Positions 8,245-18,492 are shown, counted from the stretch's first letter. The stretch: DNA of 64,000 bases from Chloroflexota bacterium (GCA_027623675.1 JAQBVF010000021.1:1-64000); one strand, 5' to 3'. Numbers and translations are program-made. The notes: generated by a model not told the origin, from the letters alone.

Positions 8245-8967
8245 CTACCCCAGAGTGATCCGCTTGAACCCCTCGGCGTAGGCCATGCCAACCTTCTTGC
8301 CGGTGCTGATCCGGCCTTGGCGAAACCAGTCTCCAGCATGCTCCTGGTCCACCTGGGAGACGTGGGCCTTTAGCGCTTTTACCGCCGTGTCCATGTAGGC
8401 CTCCACGTCGACGAATTGGTCGGATTTTTCTCCGCCGCCAGACACCCAAACCTCGCGCACTTTGTGCGGCTCCAATCCTTCATCCAGCATCTCAGGAAAG
8501 GTGAGCCGGTCACGGGCCGTGGGGAAGACCGCTGAAAGCGCCGCCTCTCCCGCCGCGTAATGGTCGGGATGCCCCAGGTAGCCGCTGGAATTCAAGCCGC
8601 GGACCGGGTTCCCCACGATCACCACATCCGGTTTGTAGCGGCGTATCTCCCGTGCGATGTCCTTCCGCAGCGACAGGGTAGGCTCCAGATAGGCGTCGGG
8701 GTAACCTAGAAACACCACGTCATGCAGCCCCAGTATCTGCCCGGCGTCACGTTGCTCTTTCTCTCTGATCTTTATCAGCTTCTCGCTGGTCATCTCCGGG
8801 TCGGAACTACCTTTGCTGCCGTCGGTGCAGAGCACGTAGACCACATCCCAGCCTTCCGCGCACCATTTAGCCACCGTTCCGGAGCAGCTCCACTCGGCGT
8901 CATCCGGGTGGGCCATGATTACCATTCCCCTACGGTACGGCTCCTCGTTCTCCGCCATGGACATCAT
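8245..8967 (-). CDS. PIG-L/LmbE family deacetylase
   Basis: AHPDDAE, RxxE (IREKEQ), HPDH, HVSQ; best-spaced start may be ATG 8958. Confidence 0.9.
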   Translation of the reverse strand: MMSMAENEEPYRRGMVIMAHPDDAEWSCSGTVAKWCAEGWDVVYVLCTDGSKGSSDPEMTSEKLIKIREKEQRDAGQILGLHDVVFLGYPDAYLEPTLSLRKDIAREIRRYKPDVVIVGNPVRGLNSSGYLGHPDHYAAGEAALSAVFPTARDRLTFPEMLDEGLEPHKVREVWVSGGGEKSDQFVDVEAYMDTAVKALKAHVSQVDQEHAGDWFRQGRISTGKKVGMAYAEGFKRITLG

Positions 8968-9186
8968 CCTCCGCTGGTTTTCGCGACTGTCAGCCTGCCT
9001 TTTTCACCGCGCATCGGCGACGGTCTGGACTCAAATCCACCGTGCCGCAGGCTCATTTTGAAGTGTATCATAGCCCTTTCCGGCCAGCCTACGGTTGGCC
9101 TCGCCGTCGTTGCGCCGGTGAACGGCGTGGTGCTAGTCTGGCCTTTCAACAACGCCACTTCCCAACCCACATGAGGAGCGCTCCCC

Positions 9187-9588
9187 ATGCCCACCCTCTG
9201 GGCCCAGACGGCGGATTACGACAATATCTCGACCGGTGACGACCTGCCGATACTGGTGAAGTTTGAGTTCCGCCCGCCGGCCCGGCCAGGGGCCGATGCT
9301 ATCGAGGAAGAACCGGTTGGCCTCGAGAAGCTGACCGCCTACGTGAGAGAGCTGCTGCTAAAAGCTTTTCCGCCGGAGATAGTGGACGGCGAGAACACAC
9401 GGATCGAAGCCGCCATCCATACCCCGTTTCTGCCTGGAGACACGGTTAGCCTTTCCGGACGGGTCTTGGCCAAGTCGGAACAAGACGGAGGGCGGACCGT
9501 GGTGTGTCAGGTGGTCGTGGAGGCCCAGAACGGCGAATCGCTGGAAGGCCAAGTGTTGGCGGAGGCTAAGGCCCTGGTCAGTTTCTAG
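9187..9588 (+). CDS. Hot-dog fold (MaoC-like) protein
   Basis: GDDLPILVK N-terminus and PFLPGDTVSLSGRV..V.C.V.V..QNG C-terminal strands; RBS GAGGAG. Confidence 0.55.
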   Translation: MPTLWAQTADYDNISTGDDLPILVKFEFRPPARPGADAIEEEPVGLEKLTAYVRELLLKAFPPEIVDGENTRIEAAIHTPFLPGDTVSLSGRVLAKSEQDGGRTVVCQVVVEAQNGESLEGQVLAEAKALVSF

Positions 9589-10042
9589 AACGGCCGGTCC
9601 TGGGGTTCCTCCGTCTACGCCGGGCCGAGGGGCGTGGTGGAGCATCGTCCAGTTCCGCGCCGGGCGGTTCCGCTTTAGCCGCTGCTTCATTTTCGGCCAT
9701 CTGACCACGGTATATCGCCCATTGGACCTGAGTGACCACCGTGAGCAGAATCCCGGGGAAGAAGAACGTGGCGATCGGCTGGTATGAACCCGCCTGGAGC
9801 CACTTGAACCCGGCGAAGGCGCCCACGATCAAGAAAGCCCACGCCACACCGCCAAACATCACGTTCTGGTTCCAAGGCGACCTGATGGCCAATAGGGACC
9901 CGGAAGGCCAGAAGAAAAACATGGGAATCAGGTATTCGGGCCGGTAGTACCACGGCTTGGGATATGTGGGGGCTTTGAATTCCTCTTCTTGCATCAAAAA
10001 GCCTAATCGCGGATATTGCGGGTCGTCATTGCGCCTGGCCAC
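9578..10042 (-). CDS. Hypothetical membrane protein
   Basis: About three hydrophobic segments, basic C-terminal tail, PKPWYYRP motif. Confidence 0.6.
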   Translation of the reverse strand: MARRNDDPQYPRLGFLMQEEEFKAPTYPKPWYYRPEYLIPMFFFWPSGSLLAIRSPWNQNVMFGGVAWAFLIVGAFAGFKWLQAGSYQPIATFFFPGILLTVVTQVQWAIYRGQMAENEAAAKAEPPGAELDDAPPRPSARRRRRNPRTGRSRN

Positions 10043-10119
10043 GCCGCTTCCGGTAATATCACCCAGAAAATTATCACTCTGAAAAATCCGGAATTCAACC
10101 GGGGCCCGGCGGCCCGAAA

Positions 10120-11034
10120 TTAAGCGGGTACATGAAGGGCAGCGGCCTTAAGGTCAGTGATGAACTCGTTGGCCGAGCTGGATAGATCGTGGGTCGCTTT
10201 AAACGCCACGCCCACCTGGACCGGCATGAATAGATGACCCAAGCCGATCACCCCCAGCTTGGAATTGTGCTCCACCCCAGGCTCATATAGGTGGGAGATG
10301 GTAACCGCGACCCCCATGCCGATCTCCACGTACCGGCGAACCAACTCGCTGTGGTCCATCTCCAGGCCCACTTGGAACCGCAGTCCCCTTTCAATCATCG
10401 CCTTTTCAAAATACCTGCGGGTGTAGCTCTCTTGACTGAGCATTATCAGCGGCAACTCGGCGATGGTCTCCAGACTGGGCTTGGGATTATCCAATATCGG
10501 ATGGCCGACCGGCGCCAAAAGGTTGAACGGCGCATCGAAGAGACGAACGAATGAGACTTCTTTGACCTCTTCGTCCGGGGCGTGCACCAGCGCCATGTCC
10601 ACCTCACCCTCCTCCAGTAACCGGATCAACACCTGGTACGGCCGGGCCACGACCTTGATGTGGGCCGCCGGGTAACGCGACCGGTACGCCTGAAGCACCG
10701 GAGGCAGGTAGTGCAAGGCCAATTCAGGGTAGGACCCGATGCTGAATGAACCCGACTGGCCGGAGCCGCTCATCTGGTCGTTCAATGACGACAGACCCCG
10801 CTCAACCGACGACACCAGCGGCCAGGCAAGCTCATACAGCTTGTTGCCCTGCGGAGTGAGCTTGATGGGACGCCGGTTTCGGTCGAACAACTCCCCGCCA
10901 ACCTCTTGCTCCAAGCGCTGCAGATGGGCCGTAACCGTCGGCTGACCCAGATCAAGCAGCCGAGCCGCCTGGGACACGCTGCTCAACCGAGCGGTGTGGT
11001 AAAAACTGATCAGTTCCCGAATATCCAAGCTCAA
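10120..11034 (-). CDS. LysR family transcriptional regulator (CysB-like), divergent from sulfur cluster
   Basis: HTH SVSQAARLLDLGQPTVTAHLQRLEQEVGGELFDR; substrate domain YVEIGMGVAV. Confidence 0.92.
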   Translation of the reverse strand: MSLDIRELISFYHTARLSSVSQAARLLDLGQPTVTAHLQRLEQEVGGELFDRNRRPIKLTPQGNKLYELAWPLVSSVERGLSSLNDQMSGSGQSGSFSIGSYPELALHYLPPVLQAYRSRYPAAHIKVVARPYQVLIRLLEEGEVDMALVHAPDEEVKEVSFVRLFDAPFNLLAPVGHPILDNPKPSLETIAELPLIMLSQESYTRRYFEKAMIERGLRFQVGLEMDHSELVRRYVEIGMGVAVTISHLYEPGVEHNSKLGVIGLGHLFMPVQVGVAFKATHDLSSSANEFITDLKAAALHVPA

Positions 11035-11109
11035 ACCTCAGCCGAAACGCCTGATTCATCCCGTCCTTTGCGGCATTCCAGACCCATCCCAAAACCCACT
11101 CGGCCACAT

Positions 11110-11178
11110 AGTATCATTTTTGTGATACTCAGCATAAAAGGCGGGCGGTTGACGTTGGCTTCACCCTACAATCATAAT
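11110..11178 (+). promoter_or_regulatory. Candidate regulator site and promoter for thiol dioxygenase operon
   Basis: Inverted repeat AGTATCA-N6-TGATACT (11110-11129); TTGACG (11149-11154)-18 nt-CATAAT (11173-11178). Confidence 0.5.
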
Positions 11179-11268
11179 CCAGATTGATTGAATCTCTGCA
11201 TTCCAAAGGCCCTGCGCCGGCCTTTGCCCGCCACTGAATCCGCCACCGGATGAAGAGGGAGGAACGAA

Positions 11269-11853
11269 ATGACCACCGTCAAATATTCTCTCGAAGAATT
11301 CACCCAAGACATGGAGTCCCTGCTCAAGAGCCAACCCGGCAACCAGAAGATATTTGACAAGGGCTCGACATGGCTAGAGCGCTTGGTCAGTAATCCCGAC
11401 TCTATCCCCATGGAGTTACGGGTACCCCTGGGAACCGGGCCCCGCCCGAACCACGCCTCCCGGCTGCTCTATCAGGGTGAAAGCGGATTACAGGTAACCG
11501 CCGTTGTCTGGGGCGCCGGCGACCACCTGGGTCCCCACGACCACCGGACCTGGGGCATGATTGGCGTACTTGACAACACTCTGACCGAGACCCGGTACCG
11601 CCGGGTGGACGACCATGATGTGGACGGCTTCGCCAAGCTGGAGAAGGACCGTGCCGCCTCCCTCAAGCCCGGCGAGATCACCCTGCTCGTCCCCCAGGAA
11701 GACGAGATTCACCAGATGGACAACCACACGGATAAGGCCACCGTGGAGATTCACGTCTACGGCAGTGACCTACGGGGCCTGGAGCGCAGCAGCTTCAATC
11801 TGGAGACGGGCAAGATCACCAATTTCCGAACCTCCAAATGGGACAACTGCTGA
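11269..11853 (+). CDS. Cysteine dioxygenase family thiol dioxygenase
   Basis: Cupin 3-His site PHDHRTWG ... EIHQMDN, and IHVYG; RBS GGAGG. Confidence 0.85.
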   Translation: MTTVKYSLEEFTQDMESLLKSQPGNQKIFDKGSTWLERLVSNPDSIPMELRVPLGTGPRPNHASRLLYQGESGLQVTAVVWGAGDHLGPHDHRTWGMIGVLDNTLTETRYRRVDDHDVDGFAKLEKDRAASLKPGEITLLVPQEDEIHQMDNHTDKATVEIHVYGSDLRGLERSSFNLETGKITNFRTSKWDNC

Positions 11854-11947
11854 AATCACCGTGCTGGCCGCCCAGCCTGAGCTGCCTGAATTGTTCGACC
11901 CGAGATAACTAGATAAAAACCCAAAAGTTGATGCGAGTGTGAGGCGC

Positions 11948-11977
11948 ACGCCAGATTAAAAGTCTGGCGTTTCGTCT
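11948..11977 (+). terminator. Possible hairpin/terminator between dioxygenase and rhodanese genes
   Basis: ACGCCAGA (11948-11955)/TCTGGCGT (11963-11970) followed by TTCGTCT. Confidence 0.35.
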
Positions 11978-12070
11978 TGAAAGACCGGTCCATTCACTGG
12001 TCCATAAAGTCGAATATCCGTAACGTATATCCTCAAACACCTAAAAATCAAAACCCAGGAGAGAATCTCA

Positions 12071-13642
12071 ATGGCCAACAAGATTTCGTCACAGGATTTG
12101 AAGAATCTGATGGATGGGGATTCTCCCTACGCCTTGATCGATGTGCGGGAGTCGGGCGAGTACAACGCCACCCACATCCCCGGCGCGGCCTTGATTCCCC
12201 GCCGCCGCATCGAATTCATCATCGGTGATTCAGTGCCATTCAAGGGCACGCAGGTTGTGGTCTGCGACGATGACGGACGACGCGCCCAGTTGGCCGCGGC
12301 CACTTTGGAAAAGCTGGGCTATACCAATGTCTTCCACCTTGAGGGCGGCACCAACCGCTGGGCCAGCAACGACCTGCCCACGGAATGGGGCGTGAACGTG
12401 CCGAGCAAGGACTTTGGCGAGATGCAGGAAGTGGTGCACCACGTCCCTGAGATCTCCGCTGACGACCTGCACGAGCGGATCGAACGGGGCGACAAGCTGG
12501 TCATCTTGGACTCCCGCACCCCCGAGGAATACCAGCGCATGTGCATCCCCGGCGGGCGAAGTCTGCCCGGCGGCGAACTGGCGCTGCGCATCACCGACAT
12601 CACCAAGGAACTGGAACCCGGCACCACGGTGGTCATCAACTGCGCCGGCCGCACCCGAAGCATCATGGGCACCAGGGTCTTGCAACGCATGGGCGTCAAC
12701 GCCGTGGGTCTGAAGAATGGCACCTCCGGGTGGCTGTTGGCCGGCTACGACCTGGAATACGGCGGCGACCGGGTGGAACTCCCCCAGGTCTCCCCCGAGG
12801 GCAAGGCGGCGGCGGAAGAGTACGCGGCACGCCTGGCTAAAGAGGACGGCGTCCGGTATCTGGACGTCGGCGGGCTGCAGGAGGTCTTGAACAAGCGGGA
12901 CGAAGAATCGGTATATCTCATCGACGTCCGCACCGAACAGGAGTACACCAGCGGCCACATCCCCGGCTTCCGCTCGTTCCCCGGCGGTCAGGCGGTGCAG
13001 CGTTCCGACGATGTGGCCGTGGTGAAGAACGCCACTTACGTTTTCTGCTGCGACGGCACGGCCCGGGCCACCATCACCGCGTCCCTGTACCGGCAAATGG
13101 GCCATGAGAACGTCTTTGCCGTCGCCGGAGGCGTCACTGCGTGGCAGGACGCGAACCGGGAAAAGGAAACAGGGTACCCCCGCAACGACATTCCCGGCAT
13201 GGCAGAGGCCGAAACATCAACCAAGAAGGTCACGCCCCAGGAATTAAGCTCCAATCCGTCCGACCTGGTTCTGTTCTTGGACACCAGCCAGGACTTCTCC
13301 CAGGGACACACCCCAGGCGCCAAGTGGATCTCCCGAAGCTGGCTGGAGATCGAGATTGACGCCGCTGCAAGATCCAAGAGCGCGTCCATCACCCTAACCT
13401 GCGGCAACGGGCGCAACTCCACCCTGGCCGCGGCCACGCTGAAAGCCCTGGGTTACACCGATGTCTCGGTGCTCGAGGGCGGGTTCGCCGCCTGGAAGAG
13501 CGCCGGTCTGCCGGTGGAAGAAGGACTTACCGGAATCGTGCGGCCGCCGTCGGACATCAACTACCTGGGCGTGGACCGCAGCTACGCCGAGATGATGAAC
13601 TACCTCAGGTGGGAGACGGCCCTGGGTGAGAAATACGCCTAG
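12071..13642 (+). CDS. Multidomain (4x) rhodanese sulfurtransferase
   Basis: Repeated IDVR...E Y..GHIPG and LEGG..AW motifs; active loop CAGRTR in domain 2; VPSKDFGE linker. Confidence 0.9.
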   Translation: MANKISSQDLKNLMDGDSPYALIDVRESGEYNATHIPGAALIPRRRIEFIIGDSVPFKGTQVVVCDDDGRRAQLAAATLEKLGYTNVFHLEGGTNRWASNDLPTEWGVNVPSKDFGEMQEVVHHVPEISADDLHERIERGDKLVILDSRTPEEYQRMCIPGGRSLPGGELALRITDITKELEPGTTVVINCAGRTRSIMGTRVLQRMGVNAVGLKNGTSGWLLAGYDLEYGGDRVELPQVSPEGKAAAEEYAARLAKEDGVRYLDVGGLQEVLNKRDEESVYLIDVRTEQEYTSGHIPGFRSFPGGQAVQRSDDVAVVKNATYVFCCDGTARATITASLYRQMGHENVFAVAGGVTAWQDANREKETGYPRNDIPGMAEAETSTKKVTPQELSSNPSDLVLFLDTSQDFSQGHTPGAKWISRSWLEIEIDAAARSKSASITLTCGNGRNSTLAAATLKALGYTDVSVLEGGFAAWKSAGLPVEEGLTGIVRPPSDINYLGVDRSYAEMMNYLRWETALGEKYA

Positions 13643-13717
13643 ATAACGCTGATTAAACCCAGCCCAATATTTAACGCTAACACCGAAGGGCAGAATGCAG
13701 GCCAGAGGAGGGACTCA

Positions 13718-14911
13718 ATGGCGACGACACGACAGGATGGCGCGATCCCTGATTTCTTGAGGATGGATGAGGCGATCGGCTCGGACCCGGCCAACGCCAA
13801 CAAGGCCGGCAACTGGAACGGCTGGCCGACCAAGGACCTGAACCCGGTAACCCTCATGGACGACTCCGGCCGGACGGTCCGCATCCGCACCCCCGTGATG
13901 GACCTTGAAGGCCTGATAACCCCGACCAACCTGCATTACACGGTGCAGCACTTCGCCGTCCCACCGGTGGTGGAGACCGACAAATGGGAACTGAAGGTCC
14001 ACGGCCAGGTCAAGAATGAACTGACCCTGAACTTCGACCAGCTACGCCGGTTCCCCGGCCGCAGCGTGCGCACGGTCATGGAATGCTCCGGCAGCGACGC
14101 CACGTTCTTCGAGTACTTCAAGGACGAGGGGCCAAAGCCCTCACGCACTCAAGAGTGCATGATTCTCAGCGCCAGCGAATGGACCGGAGTGCCCCTGGCC
14201 GCGGTCTTGAACGCCGCCGGTCTCAGTGACAAGTCGCTCTACGTGCGCGCCGTTGGCAACGACGAGGGTGTCCCCGCCACCGCCGCCGAAGGCACCAAAC
14301 CCTTCTACTACGACAAGGGCCTGCCGGTACAAAAGGCCCTGCACCCCGATACCATCCTGGCCTATGCGCAGAATGGGCAGCTCTTGGAACACCTCCACGG
14401 TGCGCCCGTCCGCCTGTTGGTGCCCGGCTGGTCCGGCAACTGGTCGGTCAAATGGCTCACGGACCTAGAGATAATGGACCACATGCCCGACTGCTGGTAC
14501 CACTACGAGTTCTACTATTACGGCGATTCTGTGAACGACCCCAACAAGGAACTGATCACGACCATCGGCGTCAAGTCCATCGTGACCCAGCCCAACGACG
14601 ACACCGAGAAGATGACCAAGGGCGTGCACATGGTCCGCGGCTACGCCTGGAGCGGCGCTGGGGCCATCTCCGCGGTCGATGTCAGCGTCGACGGCGGCGA
14701 CACCTGGCACGCGGCCCACATCGAAGAGCCACGCGACCGGTTCATGTGGGTCCGCTGGTCCTACCGCTGGACCGCCGACAAGGCTGGCGACTACAACATC
14801 ATGTCCCGCGCCACCGACGAGGTCGGCCGGGTGCAGTCCCGTGAGCCGCGCTACAACAACATGCGCAAGAACTTCAGCGCCATCGTCGGCTATCCCATCA
14901 CCGTTGAATAA
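13718..14911 (+). CDS. Sulfite oxidase family molybdoenzyme, paralog 1
   Basis: ITPTNLHY, Mo-ligand ECSG, EWTGVPL, HGAPVRLLVPGWSG..SVKWL, C-terminal Ig-like dimerisation domain (GYAWSG, VDVSVDGG, SRATD). Confidence 0.9.
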   Translation: MATTRQDGAIPDFLRMDEAIGSDPANANKAGNWNGWPTKDLNPVTLMDDSGRTVRIRTPVMDLEGLITPTNLHYTVQHFAVPPVVETDKWELKVHGQVKNELTLNFDQLRRFPGRSVRTVMECSGSDATFFEYFKDEGPKPSRTQECMILSASEWTGVPLAAVLNAAGLSDKSLYVRAVGNDEGVPATAAEGTKPFYYDKGLPVQKALHPDTILAYAQNGQLLEHLHGAPVRLLVPGWSGNWSVKWLTDLEIMDHMPDCWYHYEFYYYGDSVNDPNKELITTIGVKSIVTQPNDDTEKMTKGVHMVRGYAWSGAGAISAVDVSVDGGDTWHAAHIEEPRDRFMWVRWSYRWTADKAGDYNIMSRATDEVGRVQSREPRYNNMRKNFSAIVGYPITVE

Positions 14912-14975
14912 CCGATAGATAGCAGGTGAACAGCCGAGTCATGACCAACATTCCAATGCAGTCCCGGAGGAACAC

Positions 14976-15326
14976 ATGCCGATAATCGATCATTCAGAGG
15001 TCCGCTTGGCGCCCACCACGGAACGGGTGCGGGAGCGGTATCTGGTATCTAAAGACCAAGGTGCGGTATCATTAACCGTAAAAGAAGTGGAGATATCACC
15101 AGGTTGGGAAGGGCGGATGCACACCCACCCGGTGGACGTCTCGATTCAGGTTTTGTCCGGCGCTATCCAGGTCATCATGGACGATGAAACGCGGACCGTC
15201 CGGGCCGGGACCACGCTGCTTGCCCCACCGGGCATGCCTCACAAGATGATTCACCATCTCTGGACCCCCGCCCTTTTGCTGATAACCTACCCGTCGGCCG
15301 AATTAGAGACCCACCACCTGGAATAA
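14976..15326 (+). CDS. Cupin domain protein
   Basis: MHTHP and PPGMPH cupin motifs; RBS GGAGG. Confidence 0.8.
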   Translation: MPIIDHSEVRLAPTTERVRERYLVSKDQGAVSLTVKEVEISPGWEGRMHTHPVDVSIQVLSGAIQVIMDDETRTVRAGTTLLAPPGMPHKMIHHLWTPALLLITYPSAELETHHLE

Positions 15327-15364
15327 CCAAGACTCTCCCGGCTTAACCCCTAAACCGGGGCGTA

Positions 15365-15411
15365 TTACAGAGCAAATTACAGAGCAAATTACAGAGCGTA
15401 TTTTACAGAGC
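15365..15411 (+). repeat. Short tandem repeat, 4 x TTACAGAGC
   Basis: Copies at 15365, 15377, 15389, 15403, directly before the GAGGAGG RBS of the next gene. Confidence 0.85.
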
Positions 15412-15430
15412 GTATTGAGGAGGTTTCCCC

Positions 15431-16540
15431 ATGGCCCTGCCCAAGATCGGCACCAAAGCAGAACCGCAGATAATTCCCACGAACGCGGGCCTTCGGACCT
15501 GGGCCGCGCCCCCGCAGGCGTTGCAAGGGGAGATAGTCCCCAACGACCTGTTCTACATCCGCAACCACTGGAAAGAGAGCCCCGAGATCGACATCAACAC
15601 CTTCGAGTTGAAGATTGACGGCGAGGTCGAGCGCACCATCTCCCTGTCATTTGAAGACCTGAAGAAGCTGCCCCAAAAACGCTTCCAGGTGACCTTCGAG
15701 TGCTGCGGCAACAGCCCAGTGCCCGAGTACTACACCAAATCCCTCCGGATCAGCTCGGTCATGGAGCAGATCAAGGGTCACGGCATCATGGGCAATGCCG
15801 AGTGGGCCGGGGTTTCCCTTAAAGACGTTCTAGAACTGGCCGGCGTGAAAGACTCTGCCGTTGAAGTGATGTTCGAGGGCGCGGACCATGGGGCCGACGA
15901 AGTTGTCGGCGACCCGGCGGAAGTAACCTACGAGCGCAGCCTGCCCATGGCCAAAGCCCTGCACGAAGACACGATCTTGGCTTACGAGATGAACGGCGAG
16001 CCACTGCCCAAGGACCACGGCTACCCCCTGCGTCTCTTGGTCTCCGGCTGGTACGGCATGAACTCGGTCAAGTGGCTGGTGGGCATCCACGTCCTTGACC
16101 ACAAGTTCGAAGGGTTCTACATGACCCAGCGCTACATGACCATGAACGAGCCCGGCAGCCCGGTGCCGTACCGTTACTATGGCAAGCTGCAGGTCAAGTC
16201 CATCATCACCAGCCCCGTCCCAGGCGAGATCATCCCCGCCAGCGGCTACACCCTGGCCGGCGCTGCCTGGTCCGGCGAAGAGGACATCGAGAAGGTGGAG
16301 ATCAGCACCGACGGCGGCGAGACCTGGGGGCTGGTGGACACCCTGCACCCACGCGCCGCCTATTCCTGGTACCGCTGGGAGCATAACTGGAACCCGCCCG
16401 CCGAGGGCAAGTACACCATCATGTGCCGTGCCACCAACTCGGACGGCGTAACCCAGCCCATGGAGTTCCCCAACCCCTGGGACGGCCGGGGCTACGGCAA
16501 CAACATGGTATTCCCTTACGACGTGGAGGTCCGGTCTTAA
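15431..16540 (+). CDS. Sulfite oxidase family molybdoenzyme, paralog 2
   Basis: FYIRNH, ECCGN, NAEWAGVSL, YERSLP, DHGYPLRL, SVKWL, AWSG, CRAT. Confidence 0.9.
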   Translation: MALPKIGTKAEPQIIPTNAGLRTWAAPPQALQGEIVPNDLFYIRNHWKESPEIDINTFELKIDGEVERTISLSFEDLKKLPQKRFQVTFECCGNSPVPEYYTKSLRISSVMEQIKGHGIMGNAEWAGVSLKDVLELAGVKDSAVEVMFEGADHGADEVVGDPAEVTYERSLPMAKALHEDTILAYEMNGEPLPKDHGYPLRLLVSGWYGMNSVKWLVGIHVLDHKFEGFYMTQRYMTMNEPGSPVPYRYYGKLQVKSIITSPVPGEIIPASGYTLAGAAWSGEEDIEKVEISTDGGETWGLVDTLHPRAAYSWYRWEHNWNPPAEGKYTIMCRATNSDGVTQPMEFPNPWDGRGYGNNMVFPYDVEVRS

Positions 16541-16579
16541 GCCCGGACGCTTCTATCGGCTGTAAAACCGGAGGTAATC

Positions 16580-16861
16580 ATGACCGCACCAAGACGGATC
16601 CCGATTCCAGTCGCATTCTTCCTGGTTCTTGCTGCGGTCTTGGCCCTGATCATATTCTTCGGGGCCTGGGCGGTAGCGGCTGACGTGGGCAACCAGCGCA
16701 CGTTGGCCTTCGGCCTGCCCGGCACGACACCCGGCCTGAATGGCAGTAATATCAGAGAAACCGAAGACTCTGCCTTCCAGGTTGCCCGACTTGACGGCGA
16801 AGGAACGGCCGGCGACACCTGGTGGGGCGGCGCGTTTCTCAGGGCCTGCCCACTTCATTAA
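16580..16861 (+). CDS. Small single-TM membrane protein ending in CPLH
   Basis: RBS GGAGGT; hydrophobic residues 9-33; in operon position. Confidence 0.55.
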   Translation: MTAPRRIPIPVAFFLVLAAVLALIIFFGAWAVAADVGNQRTLAFGLPGTTPGLNGSNIRETEDSAFQVARLDGEGTAGDTWWGGAFLRACPLH

Positions 16862-16867
16862 GAGAAT

Positions 16868-16912
16868 CGGGCGAAATAACCGGGCGAAATAACCGGGCGA
16901 AATAACCGGCGA
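16868..16912 (+). repeat. Short tandem repeat, 3 x CGGGCGAAATAAC
   Basis: Exact 13-bp copies at 16868, 16881, 16894 plus a partial copy. Confidence 0.9.
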
Positions 16913-17033
16913 CAGAACGAGCCGGACGCAAGAAACGGGTAACAACGACCAGATTCGATCTCACTTCAAAGGACCAACACATTCCGGGCGATCGGCTAAA
17001 CCGTCCGCGTTTTGTTTGAGATAAACAGCTATC

Positions 17034-18443
17034 ATGGCGGTCACCACCAACGGTTCCCCTCCAGCAAGTCCTGAAACCAGACCTCCGGCCGCCGGCTCGC
17101 CTAAAGGGATCCACCGGGCCTGGTTGATACTAGGGATACTCGCCGCGGCCCAGATCGTCGGCCAGTCCATCAGTATGGCCGCCGGAATCATGGTCGCTCC
17201 GCTGAACGACCCCACCGGCGGTTTCGGCTGGAACTTGGGAGTCATCGGCGCAGCGCTTGCCACGTATTACCTCTGCGGAGCGTTGGTCGCGCCCTTGACC
17301 GGCATGCTCGGCGACCGGTTCGGCGCGCGGCCCCTCATGTTTGCCTGTGGCCTCCTCTACGCCATCAGCATGATCTTGATCGGCACGGTAACCCATCTCT
17401 GGCAGTTCTTTCTCTACTTCGGCGTCATGCTGTCCGTCACACAATCGCTGGCCATGGTGCCCATATTGGCATCCGTGAACGGCTGGTTCAAACGGCGTCT
17501 GGGCCTGGCCACCGGACTCCTCTGGGCCTCGGGCGGTATCGGAGCGGCGGCAGTGGCGCCGTCCATAGCCAGTCTTCTGAATGCGGTTGGCTGGCAGACC
17601 ACCTTCACCATCATCGGCCTGGCCGGCGGTGGAACGCTAACACTTTTAACCCTCTTGTTCCGCTCCAAGCCCGCCGACGCCGGGGCAATAGCCTACGGCA
17701 CACAGGCCAGCGACCCGCGGGAGATACGCCGCAGTAAAGAGGTGGAACGGCTGCGGTTGAAGGTTTTCAACAAGGCCATGCGCCGCACCCGGGCGTTCTG
17801 GAACCTGCCCACGATCCACGGCCTGGGGTGCGCCGGACACGGCATCGTATTGATCTATTCCATCCCCTTGGCCGTCGAGCAGGGCGTCAGCCTCTCAGCG
17901 GCCTCATTCATCCTGGCGCTGATCTCCATCTTCAGTATCCTGGGCCGGTTCATAGCCCCCATTCTCGCTGAACGGATCGGCGCCAAGCCCGTGATGATGA
18001 CGGCGCTGTTCGTGCAGGGAATCACCGTCTTGGTGTTGTTCTGGGCCAGCGACGCCTTTGCCTTCTACCTGTTCGCCATACTGTTTGGGTTGGGTTTCGG
18101 CGGCGAGATGTCGGCCTACCTGGTGGTCAACCGCCAGTACTTCGGGTCGGGCCCGCTGGCAACCCTCTACGGGTTCGAGATGATGGGTGCCTTGTCCGGT
18201 CACGCCACGGCCACCGTGCTGGGCGGACTGGCCATCTACGCAACCGGTTCGTTCAACCCCGCCTTGGTCATGTCCATGTTGTTCAGCTTCACCGGCGTGT
18301 TGGTCATCGCCAGCATGGAGTCGGGAGCCAGGGTGTTGATTCCCGATTGGGAGTCCAACCTCCCCCCGGAGGCGCGCACCACCCCCGAATTGGCCAACCA
18401 GGCGGTCCGCGCGGCGCTCTTGGAGCAGACCGCCAGCGATTAG
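17034..18443 (+). CDS. MFS transporter (OFA/MCT-like)
   Basis: About 12 TM segments, motif A GMLGDRFGAR, WFKRRLGLATG, AERIGAK. Confidence 0.9.
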   Translation: MAVTTNGSPPASPETRPPAAGSPKGIHRAWLILGILAAAQIVGQSISMAAGIMVAPLNDPTGGFGWNLGVIGAALATYYLCGALVAPLTGMLGDRFGARPLMFACGLLYAISMILIGTVTHLWQFFLYFGVMLSVTQSLAMVPILASVNGWFKRRLGLATGLLWASGGIGAAAVAPSIASLLNAVGWQTTFTIIGLAGGGTLTLLTLLFRSKPADAGAIAYGTQASDPREIRRSKEVERLRLKVFNKAMRRTRAFWNLPTIHGLGCAGHGIVLIYSIPLAVEQGVSLSAASFILALISIFSILGRFIAPILAERIGAKPVMMTALFVQGITVLVLFWASDAFAFYLFAILFGLGFGGEMSAYLVVNRQYFGSGPLATLYGFEMMGALSGHATATVLGGLAIYATGSFNPALVMSMLFSFTGVLVIASMESGARVLIPDWESNLPPEARTTPELANQAVRAALLEQTASD

Positions 18444-18492
18444 CGGACGCAGTTATCGTCCGGGTGTCTCATCTTGATCCGAGGTTGCTGAA

